This document shows, piece after piece, positions 44,363-55,719 of a stretch of 64,000 bases of DNA. The translations under genes were made by a program, and so were the position numbers. This DNA is from Cyclobacteriaceae bacterium (GTDB lineage Bacteria; Bacteroidota; Bacteroidia; Cytophagales; Cyclobacteriaceae), in NCBI GenBank assembly GCA_019694875.1, contig JAIBBC010000003.1:548469-612468 (forward strand), read 5' to 3'. The notes under the pieces are model-generated. The model saw nothing but the letters and a program-made list of their open reading frames with translations. It did no database searches and had not been told where the DNA came from. Within the stretch, counting starts at the first letter, position 1. The number at the start of each line of letters is the position of its first letter.

Positions 44363-45366
44363 ACCAGCACCTCGCTGTTTACTTGACGCGGCTTATATTT
44401 TTTAGCAATCTCGGCAAGACGCTTGATGTGATCGGGAGTTGATCCGCAACAACCGCCCAAAATATTCACAAGTCCTTCTTTCAGGTACTCTTCTACTTCA
44501 TTACCCATTTCGATGGCAGTCTGATCGTACTGACCGAATTCATTCGGCAATCCTGCGTTCGGGTAAGCGCTTATAAAGAAAGGAGCTTTATCACTTAAAA
44601 TCTTAAGATATGGCCGGAGTGCTGATGCGCCCATGGCACAATTCAACCCGATACTCAACAACGGCACATGCGAAACAGAAATCAAAAATGCTTCTGCGGT
44701 TTGACCGGACAGAATTCGTCCACTCGCATCGGTAATTGTTCCGGATACCATAACCGGAACCTGCTTGCCTGTTTCTTCAAACAATTCCTGGATCGCAAAA
44801 AGTGCAGCTTTTACATTCAGCGTATCGGTAATGGTTTCAGGTAGCAATAAATCCACACCGCCATCCAATAAGCCTTTTGCTTGTTCTTTAAAAGCAGCAA
44901 CAAGTTCATCAAACGTTATCGCACGAAAGCCGGGGTTGTTTACATCTGGCGACATAGACGCCAGTTTGGTGGTAGGCCCCATCGACCCTGCAACAAACCG
45001 GGGTTTATTCGGTTCTTTCTTTGTGAATTCATCCGCTACCTCACGGGCGATCTTAGCTGCCTCGTAGTTAATCTGGTAAACGAGATGTTCGAGGTGATAA
45101 TCGGCCTGTGCCACGCTCGTGCTGCCGAAGGTATTGGTCTCTATAATATCTGCCCCGGCCTCGAAGTATTGACGGTGAATATCTTTAATAATATCCGGAC
45201 GGGTAATGCTTAACAAGTCATTATTGCCCTTCAGCGGATGCGGATGATCCTTGAGGATATCTCCCCGGAAATCCGCTTCCTCAAGCTTATAACGCTGAAT
45301 CATGGTGCCCATAGCACCGTCCAGGATCATAATTCGCTCGCGTAAAATGTCTTCGATTTTTGCCAT
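44359..45366 (-). CDS. Homocysteine S-methyltransferase domain protein (N-terminal module of split MetH)
   Basis: 335 aa. [17 protein letters not shown], and Zn-ligand region GLNCA...[11 protein letters not shown]. The stop overlaps the downstream metH start by 4 nt (ATGA). Confidence 0.9.
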   Translation of the reverse strand: MAKIEDILRERIMILDGAMGTMIQRYKLEEADFRGDILKDHPHPLKGNNDLLSITRPDIIKDIHRQYFEAGADIIETNTFGSTSVAQADYHLEHLVYQINYEAAKIAREVADEFTKKEPNKPRFVAGSMGPTTKLASMSPDVNNPGFRAITFDELVAAFKEQAKGLLDGGVDLLLPETITDTLNVKAALFAIQELFEETGKQVPVMVSGTITDASGRILSGQTAEAFLISVSHVPLLSIGLNCAMGASALRPYLKILSDKAPFFISAYPNAGLPNEFGQYDQTAIEMGNEVEEYLKEGLVNILGGCCGSTPDHIKRLAEIAKKYKPRQVNSEVLV

Positions 45367-45536
45367 ACGTGCTCTCTATTCACTCGTTATCCAGAGAGCC
45401 CCTGAGAATGTGGGTTACTTATCTTTTCCTGACATATTCATCAGGATGGGATTTAGCACAACATGCTGACGTGAACCGCCAGGATAGGATGCTAAGACGT
45501 CTTTGGGCCCAAACCCTCGGTCTTTCTGGATAAGTT
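45367..45536 (-). promoter_or_regulatory. SAM-I (S-box) riboswitch with start-codon-proximal sequestering hairpin
   Basis: The minus strand reads ACUUAUCCAGAAAGACCGAGGGUUUGGGCCCAAAGACGUCUUAGCAUCC...GUGCUAAAUCCCAUCCUGAUGAAUAUGUCAGGAAAAGAUAAG. P1 is CUUAUC/GAUAAG, conserved GAGGG / GGCCC / GCUAAAUCC elements are present, and P4 is CCUGAU/GUCAGG. Downstream, GCUCUCU (45393-45399) pairs with AGAGAGC (45371-45377) 4 nt before the AUG. Confidence 0.85.
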
Positions 45537-45595
45537 AACGCAAAGAAAAACAATTGAGGGCTAAAAAGAAAAAACAATGGAGTAATTTTACCGTA

Positions 45596-46519
45596 ATGAA
45601 ATTTGCTGCTATCGACATCGGCTCCAACGCCATCCGCTTCCAGGTATCCAGTATCCTCGACAATCAGAAACGAATCCTGTTTAAAAAGCTTGAATACGTT
45701 CGCTTTCCACTCCGTTTGGGCCACGATGTGTTTGCCACGGGCCGTATCAGCGATAAAAGCATCGCCCGGTTTAAAAAGCTGATGCATGCCTATAAGCTGT
45801 TAATTGAACTGTATGAAGTGGATGATTATATGTTTTGCGCAACCTCTGCCATGCGGGAATCGGAGAATGGCAAGCAGCTGGTTGCCGATGTAAAGAAGGA
45901 ATTTGGCATTGAAATCCAGATTATCGATGGCGATCTTGAAGCAGAGCTCGTAAACAAGGCTATCGGATCGTATCTCACGCAGGATACGTACATCCACATC
46001 GATGTGGGTGGCGGTAGTACCGAACTCAACCTGTTTACAAAAGGTCAGAAAATCAGCACCAAGTCATTCAAGATTGGTTCCGTCAGGATTCTCGAACATC
46101 AGGATCAGCCCCAAATCTGGGCCGACATGGAGAACTGGGTGAAAGAAAATGTAAAGCGTGAATACGGAAAAGTTACAGCCGTGGGAACGGGGGGTAACAT
46201 CAGTAAGATATTTGAACTCGCTTCACTCAAGCCTCACAGGTTGATGTCGCTTAAAAAAATCCAGGAAACAAAGGCAATGATTGAAGCACATTCAATCGAA
46301 GACCGGATCTATAAACTTCAAATGAACCCCGACCGTGCCGATGTAATTGTTCCGGCCAGTGATATTTACATGCGTGTGATGGAATGGGCGAATGCGAAAT
46401 ACATTCTTGTTCCCGAGGTCGGCTTGAAAGATGGCATGCTGTTACACCTGTTCGAAAAACATGTAAACAAAACTGCATCCGCGTTCGAACACCAGTTTGT
46501 TAATGCACCACAGAAATAA
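45596..46519 (+). CDS. ppx: Ppx/GppA family exopolyphosphatase
   Basis: Start set at the ATG giving MKFAAIDIGSNAIRFQV (actin-like ATPase phosphate-1 motif). DVGGGSTE follows. 307 aa. Confidence 0.85.
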   Translation: MKFAAIDIGSNAIRFQVSSILDNQKRILFKKLEYVRFPLRLGHDVFATGRISDKSIARFKKLMHAYKLLIELYEVDDYMFCATSAMRESENGKQLVADVKKEFGIEIQIIDGDLEAELVNKAIGSYLTQDTYIHIDVGGGSTELNLFTKGQKISTKSFKIGSVRILEHQDQPQIWADMENWVKENVKREYGKVTAVGTGGNISKIFELASLKPHRLMSLKKIQETKAMIEAHSIEDRIYKLQMNPDRADVIVPASDIYMRVMEWANAKYILVPEVGLKDGMLLHLFEKHVNKTASAFEHQFVNAPQK

Positions 46520-46537
46520 TTAAGAACACAGTATATA

Positions 46538-46582
46538 GAATTTAGAAGATAGAAGACCTTCTAACTTCTAACTACTAAATTC
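46538..46582. terminator. Long imperfect hairpin between convergent ppx and ppk1, built from TTCTAAC/TTAGAAG heptamers
   Basis: Outer arms are GAATTTAG / CTAAATTC. Inner arms are AGAAGATAGAAG / CTTCTAACTTCT with one mismatch. No U-tract. Confidence 0.4.
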
Positions 46583-46587
46583 TAACT

Positions 46588-48714
46588 TCAAAAAAGCTCT
46601 ACGTCCGTTACTTTCTCCTTGCTGATGCTGAAAAATTCCTTGTGGATGTTGAATGGAGGCTCTCCGTTGGCATGCTTTAACGTATAAGTTCCGTCTTCAT
46701 TCATTACATACGCATTAACATTATCCTTCAGGTTGTACCGAAGGTTGTTCATAGCCTGCTTTTTCAATACATCCTCTTCCAACTGGAACAACGATTCAAT
46801 GCGCCTGTCGAAGCTTCGAACCATCGCATCGGCACTTCCGATATAGATTTTCGGGTTACCGGCATTATGGAAATAGTAAATCCGCGAATGCTCGAGAAAT
46901 TCACCAACAATAGAAATCACTTCTATGTTATCGCTCAAGCCGGGCCGCCCCGGACGAATGCAGCACATGCCGCGAATGATCAGTTTAATTTTAACACCTG
47001 CCTGCGATGCTTTGTAAAGCTCATCAATGAACTCTTTATCCTGTAACGAATTCAGCTTGATCACAATACCGGAAGCAATTCCGTTGCGGGCATTGTCAGC
47101 TTCCTTGCGAACAAGGTTACACAACTGGATGCGCATGTCGCGCGGAGAAGTAATCAGGTTGCGGTACGCAGATGGTTGTGAGTGACCGGTGATTACGTTA
47201 AAAAACTCAGACACATCATTACCGTAGACTTCGCGCGTTGTCAATAATCCGATATCAACGTACAAGCGTGATGTAGACTCGTTGTAGTTTCCGCTGGAGA
47301 GATGAACATAACGATAAACCTTATCGTCTTCTTCCTTGCGCACGATCAGCATCAGCTTCGTATGAGTCTTCAAACTGTTCACCCCGTAAATCACAAAGCA
47401 TCCTGCGCGTTGCAGGCGCTGCGCTTCCCGCATGTTGTTTTCCTCATCGAAGCGTGCTTTTACCTCGAATAGTACCGAAACATGTTTACCGTTCTCAGCT
47501 GCTTTGAGCAAAGCCGAAGTAACCCGCGACTCCTTTGCCACGCGGTAAATGGTAATCTTGATTGAAAGCACGTATGGATCGTCTGCAGCCTTTTCGAGCA
47601 GTTCGAGCACCGGCTCCATTGAGTTGTATGGATGATGTAAAAGAATGTCACGCTCTTTCAGCACTTCAAACAAATCGGCATTTCCCTGCTCGGGAAAATT
47701 CAACGGCTTGATCGGAGGCGGGGGTGAAAACCGTTTACTCTTAAATTCTTTGTGGCCGATAATCTGCATCAAGCCGGTAAAGTCGATGATACTGTCTTGC
47801 GGAACGTGAAAAATATTACTCTCATCCAGGTCCCACTGAATCTTCAGCAAGCGCATCATCCACGGATCGGGGTTCTCTCCTACCTCAAGCCGCACCACGC
47901 GACCCGTACGCCTGGTTTTGAGCTTGCGCTTCAGTTCCTCCAGGAAATTGGTTTCAATGTCATCGCTCTCATCCAGCGCAAAGTCACCATTCCGGTTAAT
48001 CCGGAACAGGTTTACGCTTTCGATCTCCACATTGCGGAAAAGCTGATCGACATTGTTTTTAATAATGTCTTCAATCGTTACAAACCGGATCAGATTGCCT
48101 TCATGCAACTCAAAAAAACGAGGGAGATTTTGCGGAATCTGAATGAAAGATACTTTCAGGTTATTGTTCGGATCAACCGGGTTCTTGGTTACCACACCGA
48201 GCAGCAACCTGTTGTTCATCAGGATTGGGAACGTGTGGTAGTTATCGAACACCATTGGTGTCAGCATCGGGAAAATCGTGCGCGTAAAGTATTCATTCGC
48301 ACGCTGCATGCTGTCGGGCGACAAATCCTTAAATGACGTGATCGAAAAGCCGTTCTCTTCAAAGTAAGGCCTTAAATTTCTTAAATAATGATCGTTCTGA
48401 TCATTAACAAACTTGCGGATTTCCTCCAGCAGCAATTTACGGAACGGCTCCTCGCGCAAGCCGTTATAATCGAAACGTTCTTTGCCATAGTCGAGGTAGT
48501 TGTACAAGCTTCCCAATCGGATGGTACAAAACTCATCGAGATTCGATGACGTAATCGACAAAAATTTCAACCGGTCGAAAATGCTGCGGTCTGTGTGCCG
48601 CGACTGATCCAGCACGCGGTAATTGAATTGCAACCAGCTTAAATCACGACTGATATAATTACTGTCTGCAATCTGCTGATTGGCTTTTTCAACGGTTACA
48701 GAAGTATCGCTCAT
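46588..48714 (-). CDS. ppk1: Polyphosphate kinase 1
   Basis: 708 aa. The N-terminus has SRDLSWLQFNYRVLDQ, followed by two PLD-like C-terminal domains. Confidence 0.9.
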   Translation of the reverse strand: MSDTSVTVEKANQQIADSNYISRDLSWLQFNYRVLDQSRHTDRSIFDRLKFLSITSSNLDEFCTIRLGSLYNYLDYGKERFDYNGLREEPFRKLLLEEIRKFVNDQNDHYLRNLRPYFEENGFSITSFKDLSPDSMQRANEYFTRTIFPMLTPMVFDNYHTFPILMNNRLLLGVVTKNPVDPNNNLKVSFIQIPQNLPRFFELHEGNLIRFVTIEDIIKNNVDQLFRNVEIESVNLFRINRNGDFALDESDDIETNFLEELKRKLKTRRTGRVVRLEVGENPDPWMMRLLKIQWDLDESNIFHVPQDSIIDFTGLMQIIGHKEFKSKRFSPPPPIKPLNFPEQGNADLFEVLKERDILLHHPYNSMEPVLELLEKAADDPYVLSIKITIYRVAKESRVTSALLKAAENGKHVSVLFEVKARFDEENNMREAQRLQRAGCFVIYGVNSLKTHTKLMLIVRKEEDDKVYRYVHLSSGNYNESTSRLYVDIGLLTTREVYGNDVSEFFNVITGHSQPSAYRNLITSPRDMRIQLCNLVRKEADNARNGIASGIVIKLNSLQDKEFIDELYKASQAGVKIKLIIRGMCCIRPGRPGLSDNIEVISIVGEFLEHSRIYYFHNAGNPKIYIGSADAMVRSFDRRIESLFQLEEDVLKKQAMNNLRYNLKDNVNAYVMNEDGTYTLKHANGEPPFNIHKEFFSISKEKVTDVELF

Positions 48715-48736
48715 AGAAAATCAAACCCAAAAAATA

Positions 48737-50695
<1,959 letters not shown>

Positions 50696-50716
50696 TTACG
50701 CTATTTTACAAACCGA

Positions 50717-50724
50717 CAAAAATA
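50717..50724 (-). promoter_or_regulatory. -7 promoter box TATTTTTG (minus strand) upstream of gyrB
   Basis: Exact TAnnTTTG match on the minus strand, 21 nt upstream of the gyrB ATG. Confidence 0.35.
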
Positions 50725-50781
50725 AGGTTTTTCGCCTCATTTCCGCCATTTTTCAGGATAATTCCTGAAATGATTTTAGCG

Positions 50782-51735
50782 TTATTTTTTTGTGTCTTTT
50801 GAGGTCGTTTCAGCAGCCTTTTCATTCGGTTTTTTACCGTCTTCTGCCAGCAGTTGGGCCTTAGCCTTTTGAAGCTCTGCTTTTTGCTTCTCGCTTACTT
50901 TGGGGTAGTGAATTTTAAGCTTCTCAAACTCCTCGGTAATGATCGATGCAATCGCCAAACGGGCAAAACGTTTATCATCGGCAGGTACCACAAACCAGGG
51001 TGAGTTCTTGGTCGAGGTTTCCGAGATCGCTTCGCTGTATGCTTTCTGATAGGCATCCCAGAACCCCCGTTCTTTCATATCAGAAAGCGAAAACTTCCAG
51101 TTCTTTCCGGGGTTATCAATCCTTTCCAGGAAACGTTTCTTTTGTTCCTTTTTCGACAGATGCAGGAAGAACTTCAGTACGATCGTTCCGTTTTTGTTGA
51201 GATTCTTTTCAAATCTTCTGATCTGCTTGAAGCGATCGTTCCAGAAATCCTTGTTCACTTTTTTAATATCATCGATGCCCGGAATATTTTCATTCAATAC
51301 ATATTCCGGGTGGACGCGTGTCACGAGCACGTTTTCGTAATGCGAACGGTTGTGGATCGCTATCTCGCCACGGGCAGGTAATGCAAGCTGGTGTCTCCAG
51401 AAATATATATGATCAAGTTCGGTGGAGTTTGGCGCCTTAAAGCTGTATACTTTAACACCCAACGGATTAAAACCCGACATGATGTGCTTCACTGCACCGT
51501 CCTTTCCGGCTGCATCCATCGCCTGGAAAATAATCAGCACTGCATATTGATTGTGCGCATAAAACATGTCTTGTATTTCCGCCAAACGCGTGCGGCTGGC
51601 GTCAAGCATACTTTTAGCATCTTCTTTAGAAAGTTCACTACCCGAAGGTTTTGTACTGATTTTATCGAGGTTGATTTTAGCATCAGGCTTGATGCGAAAT
51701 TTTTTGGTTTCGATTGTTTTGTTTTTTGAGGCCAT
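50782..51735 (-). CDS. ppk2: Polyphosphate kinase 2 family protein (polyphosphate:nucleotide phosphotransferase)
   Basis: 317 aa. P-loop-like QAMDAAGKDG and lid region HNRSHYENVLVTRVHP are typical of single-domain PPK2. Confidence 0.85.
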   Translation of the reverse strand: MASKNKTIETKKFRIKPDAKINLDKISTKPSGSELSKEDAKSMLDASRTRLAEIQDMFYAHNQYAVLIIFQAMDAAGKDGAVKHIMSGFNPLGVKVYSFKAPNSTELDHIYFWRHQLALPARGEIAIHNRSHYENVLVTRVHPEYVLNENIPGIDDIKKVNKDFWNDRFKQIRRFEKNLNKNGTIVLKFFLHLSKKEQKKRFLERIDNPGKNWKFSLSDMKERGFWDAYQKAYSEAISETSTKNSPWFVVPADDKRFARLAIASIITEEFEKLKIHYPKVSEKQKAELQKAKAQLLAEDGKKPNEKAAETTSKDTKK

Positions 51736-51809
51736 AAGAAGTGAGGTTGTTTGCTTGAAGGTACATCAATTATTATAAAGCTGGTTATATTTAAAACCTG
51801 ATTTAACGC

Positions 51810-53216
51810 ATGTTCAGAGCACTCCTATTCCTGATTTTTGTCAGCATCGGCTTCGGCACATTGGCGCAGGTTGGGCAAAAACCTATTTTCAAATCTAAGG
51901 CCGATTCGGCCCAGCTTGCTAAAATTCAAAAAATGCGAGCTACGTTTGACAAAGATCATCCTGACGCAGACCTCGAAACAAAAGCTCGTGTTTTTGATAG
52001 TTTGAGTAAAGTTGAACTTCCATTGTTACGGAAAGCTACCTGGCAATATGTTTACGGCCCGAGGAAGAGTTTTACTTCGTATGGCGACCTTAAATCGGGT
52101 GCTGTTTCTCCGGATAGCGTGACACAACTCAGTATTTCGGGCTTGCGATCAGGCCGCGTTCCGGCTGAAGTTTTAAAATGCAAAAACCTGGAAGAGCTTG
52201 AACTGGTGAACACCCGGATTGATGAATTGCAGTCGGAACTGAGTTCCCTCGCGAAGCTGGCAACTATTTGCCTGTATAATAATGTGCCTTCGAAGCGGTT
52301 AATTCTGGGAACAAATAACACAGTCAATTATTTGCGCATTGCGGGTAATAACCCCGAAAAGTTACCCACCAGTTACAAAAGTTTTTCAGGCCTCGATTCA
52401 CTCAATCTCAACCGGAGCAACAGTGTACGTTTTCCGAATATCAAACACAACCCCGAGCTTACGAAACTTATGCTGGTGGAGAATTCTATCAACCTCAAAC
52501 GATTCAAAAAGAGCGCAAGCCTCACCTACCTCGATTTGAGAAGAAACCAGGTAATGGTTGTTCCAAACCGGATCAGGAAATTCAAATCGTTACAATCCCT
52601 TTCCTTCAATACCAATCCGATTAAAAAAGTAAAGCCGGGGCTGGGCAAATTGAATCAACTAGTCTATTTATCATTCTATGGTGACCGGCTGAAAGAAATT
52701 CCAAAACCGGTTTACAAGCTTTCAAACCTTCAAACGATTGATCTCTTTCATAACGAAATTGAATTCCTGAGTCCTGAAATAAGAAATCTGCAAAAGCTTG
52801 AAGTATTGTACCTGGCAAATAATAAACTCTACCGTTTGCCGGATGAGATCGGTGAGTTAAAGAACCTGCAGGAAGTTTATGTATACAACAACCGGATGGA
52901 CACACTTCCTGCATCGATGGACAAGCTTACGAAGCTGAGAATATTATGGGTAAACGATAATTTTTTTCATACCATTCCAGCTACCGCGTGGAAAGCCGGC
53001 AAGCTTGAGTACGTTGACGTATCACAGAATTTCATCAGCCGCGTACCCGATGAAATCGCAGACGCCCCGCCACAGACACTCATTCTGTCTGGGGTGCTTA
53101 TGAATAAAGAACGGGAAAATTCAGAGTTGTTCGAGCGGCTCCGCAAGCAGGGAACACGCATTATTTATTACAGTGCGAAAACTGATGTACCGCTTGACGA
53201 TGAGGAAGGTCCTTAG
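51810..53216 (+). CDS. Secreted leucine-rich repeat (LRR) protein
   Basis: 468 aa with a signal peptide and more than 12 repeats of the L..L..L.L..N.(I/L)..(L/I)P type (e.g. LKNLQEVYVYNNRMDTLPASMDKLTKLRILWVNDNFFHTIP). Confidence 0.8.
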   Translation: MFRALLFLIFVSIGFGTLAQVGQKPIFKSKADSAQLAKIQKMRATFDKDHPDADLETKARVFDSLSKVELPLLRKATWQYVYGPRKSFTSYGDLKSGAVSPDSVTQLSISGLRSGRVPAEVLKCKNLEELELVNTRIDELQSELSSLAKLATICLYNNVPSKRLILGTNNTVNYLRIAGNNPEKLPTSYKSFSGLDSLNLNRSNSVRFPNIKHNPELTKLMLVENSINLKRFKKSASLTYLDLRRNQVMVVPNRIRKFKSLQSLSFNTNPIKKVKPGLGKLNQLVYLSFYGDRLKEIPKPVYKLSNLQTIDLFHNEIEFLSPEIRNLQKLEVLYLANNKLYRLPDEIGELKNLQEVYVYNNRMDTLPASMDKLTKLRILWVNDNFFHTIPATAWKAGKLEYVDVSQNFISRVPDEIADAPPQTLILSGVLMNKERENSELFERLRKQGTRIIYYSAKTDVPLDDEEGP

Positions 53217-53578
53217 AACTGGTTGGAGCGCAGCATAACAAGCGTGCATCCTTCCACCACTTCAACATTTTGTTCTTCCGCCATTTTTTCGAAGGTTTCA
53301 TTTTCCGTTCCCGGATTGAAAATGATTCGTTTGGGTTTCAGGCTTAACAGGTATTCATACCATTCCGGTTGATTCTGCGGACCAATGTATAATGTGATTG
53401 TATCGATACCTGTTATGGCCGGCTTCTCACGCAGGTTGAGGATTTCTCTGCCCAACACAGTTTCTTTTTTTATACCAATCGGCACAAACTCATGCCCGTA
53501 ATCATTGAGCATCTGTGCTGCGAGAAACGCGTATCGTCCGGTATTTGATGTTGCGCCTACTACTAAAGTCTTCTTCAT
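53213..53578 (-). CDS. CoA-binding domain protein (YccU-like)
   Basis: 121 aa. KTLVVGATSNTGRYA Rossmann-type N-terminus and a NPGTEN motif. Confidence 0.7.
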   Translation of the reverse strand: MKKTLVVGATSNTGRYAFLAAQMLNDYGHEFVPIGIKKETVLGREILNLREKPAITGIDTITLYIGPQNQPEWYEYLLSLKPKRIIFNPGTENETFEKMAEEQNVEVVEGCTLVMLRSNQF

Positions 53579-53760
53579 TCCTTTCGTGTATTTGTGCTCT
53601 GCATTTAACGGTCTTATGAACCGATCAACCCCAAAAATTAAACCATTCGCCTCGGAGGAACGTTAATTTAGACGAAATTTGCCGGTTACGGGTTTTTATA
53701 TAAAAATGTAACTTTTTGCCTCCTGCAAACGACTTATCTTGCAATCCTAAAAATTCAATT

Positions 53761-55674
53761 ATGCGCATTAAACTTTTATTCATTTTGATGGTGTCTGTTT
53801 CCCTGACCGGATTCGCACAGTCCAAAAAAGGGTCAGCAGGCTACCAGTACACGGTTGACCTAACCAAAGTTGTTGACGATAAAATCAACGTTGAACTTTC
53901 AGTTCCTCCGATCAAAGGCGAAGAAATAACCTTCTATTTGCCCAAAATAGTTCCGGGAACATACTCCATTGCTGACTACGGCCGGTTCGTTTCCAACCTC
54001 AAAGCGTTTGATAAGAAAGGAACTGCACTTCCGGTTGAACACATCAACGACAACGCGTGGAAAATAAAAAATGCTTCCAAGCTTGTTAAAGTTACGTATA
54101 CCGTTGACGACACATACGATACTGAACTGACTGCCGATCCAATTTTCCAGCCTGCCGGAACAAACATCGAAGCTGGTAAAAACGTGATCATCAATACGAG
54201 CGGCTTCTTCGGATACTTTGAAGGGATGAAGAACATGCCGTTTACATTTAATGTTATCCGTTCGAAAGATTTTTACGGATCAACCGGTTTGATTGCTGAA
54301 AAAACAGGCGAGCCATTGGGTAAACTCAATAAAGAAAAAGATCCTGCCGCAGCTGACAAGCGCGTTGATGTTTATACTACTGAGAATTACGATCGTTTGA
54401 TCGACTCTCCGTTGATGTACAGCAAACCTGACACTGCCGTGATTAAAGTTGGAAACACAGAGGTGTTGATTGGATCCTATTCACCCAATTCCATGATTAC
54501 AGCCAAGCAGATTGCTGAAAGCGTAGGCGAAGTATTGCAGGCTCAGAAAGAATTTTTGGGCGGAAAACTGCCGGTAGAGAAGTATGCGTTTATCTTCTAC
54601 TTCACCGATAAGCCGGTTACATCGTACGGTGCACTTGAGCATTCATATTCTTCGTTCTACTACATGCCTGAGGCTACCATCGAAGACATGAATCAGCAGA
54701 TGCGTGATTTCGTGGCGCACGAATTTTTCCACATCGTAACTCCGTTAACCATTCACTCAGAAGAAATCCACAATTTCGATTTCAATGATCCGAAGATGTC
54801 GAAGCACCTTTGGTTATACGAAGGCTGTACTGAATATTTTGCGGGAAGCGTGCAGGTTAAGTACGGTTTGATTACCCCGGAAGAATACCTGAATGTACTT
54901 CGTCAGAAAATGGTGACAGCCTCTCAGTTCCTCGACACTGTTCCCTTTACCGACATCAGCAAGTTTACACTTGATCAATACAAAGATCAGTACTACAATG
55001 TATACCAGAAGGGTGCATTGATCGGGATGTGTCTTGACATCAAGCTGAGAAAACTATCGAACGGAAAATATGGCATGCAGAACCTTGTAGCCGACCTTGG
55101 CAAGAAATTCGGTAAGTCAAAAGCTTTTCAGGACGAACAGTTGTTTGCAGAAATCACTGCACTCACCTATCCAGAAATTGGCGAGTTCCTGAAACGTTAT
55201 GTTGGCGGTGGTGAGGTGTTGCCACTTCAGGAAGTGTTTAGCCTGGCGGGCGTAAAGTTTGCACCGGAATTAAAAACGATGGACTTGACCCTCGGCCTTG
55301 AAAACGCTGCCATTGCCATTGCACAATTAGACGGTAAACCAAAAATCTCAATCGGTAACGCCAATGCTGTAAACGATCAGGGTAAGGCCCTTGGATTCAA
55401 GGATGGAGATATTCTTGTTAAGATTAATGGCGAAGATCTTCCTGATCTGGGGCCTGACCTGGGTGCATTCATTCAGAAACAGCAGCAAAGCCTGAAAGAA
55501 GGCGGTAATCTCTCGTACACTGTGCTTCGCAAGAACGATGCAGGCGAAAACAAGCCGGTTGAACTGAAAGCTCCGGTTAAAAAAGTGGAACGCCTGAAGA
55601 AGTTCGTGATTGCCTTCGATGAGAATGCAACACCTGAACAACTTGCAACGCGTAAAGCCTGGCTTTCTAAATAA
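53761..55674 (+). CDS. Secreted M61-like zinc metallopeptidase with C-terminal PDZ domain
   Basis: ATG start MRIKLLFILMVSVSLTGFAQ (signal peptide), a HEFFHIV (HExxH) motif, and a PDZ-like C-terminus (GFKDGDILVKINGEDL). Confidence 0.6.
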   Translation: MRIKLLFILMVSVSLTGFAQSKKGSAGYQYTVDLTKVVDDKINVELSVPPIKGEEITFYLPKIVPGTYSIADYGRFVSNLKAFDKKGTALPVEHINDNAWKIKNASKLVKVTYTVDDTYDTELTADPIFQPAGTNIEAGKNVIINTSGFFGYFEGMKNMPFTFNVIRSKDFYGSTGLIAEKTGEPLGKLNKEKDPAAADKRVDVYTTENYDRLIDSPLMYSKPDTAVIKVGNTEVLIGSYSPNSMITAKQIAESVGEVLQAQKEFLGGKLPVEKYAFIFYFTDKPVTSYGALEHSYSSFYYMPEATIEDMNQQMRDFVAHEFFHIVTPLTIHSEEIHNFDFNDPKMSKHLWLYEGCTEYFAGSVQVKYGLITPEEYLNVLRQKMVTASQFLDTVPFTDISKFTLDQYKDQYYNVYQKGALIGMCLDIKLRKLSNGKYGMQNLVADLGKKFGKSKAFQDEQLFAEITALTYPEIGEFLKRYVGGGEVLPLQEVFSLAGVKFAPELKTMDLTLGLENAAIAIAQLDGKPKISIGNANAVNDQGKALGFKDGDILVKINGEDLPDLGPDLGAFIQKQQQSLKEGGNLSYTVLRKNDAGENKPVELKAPVKKVERLKKFVIAFDENATPEQLATRKAWLSK

Positions 55675-55691
55675 GCCGGTTTCGTAATAAA

Positions 55692-55719
55692 AAAAGCCCT
55701 TCAACCGAAGGGCTTTTTT
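55692..55719. terminator. Bidirectional rho-independent terminator
   Basis: aaaaaGCCCTTCaaccGAAGGGCtttttt lies between the convergent M61-like and FAD-oxidoreductase genes. The stem is flanked by A- and T-tracts. Confidence 0.8.

Noticed and set aside
45367-45536. A cobalamin riboswitch upstream of the B12-dependent metH
   Set aside because: The leader matches the SAM-I architecture (CUUAUC..GAGGG..GGCCC..GCUAAAUCC..GAUAAG). I could not find a B12-box-like element.
45419-45787. 122-aa minus-strand ORF in the ORF track
   Set aside because: It overlaps the SAM-I riboswitch and runs antisense to the 5' end of ppx. The translated sequence has no protein-like features. It is explained by the riboswitch and ppx.
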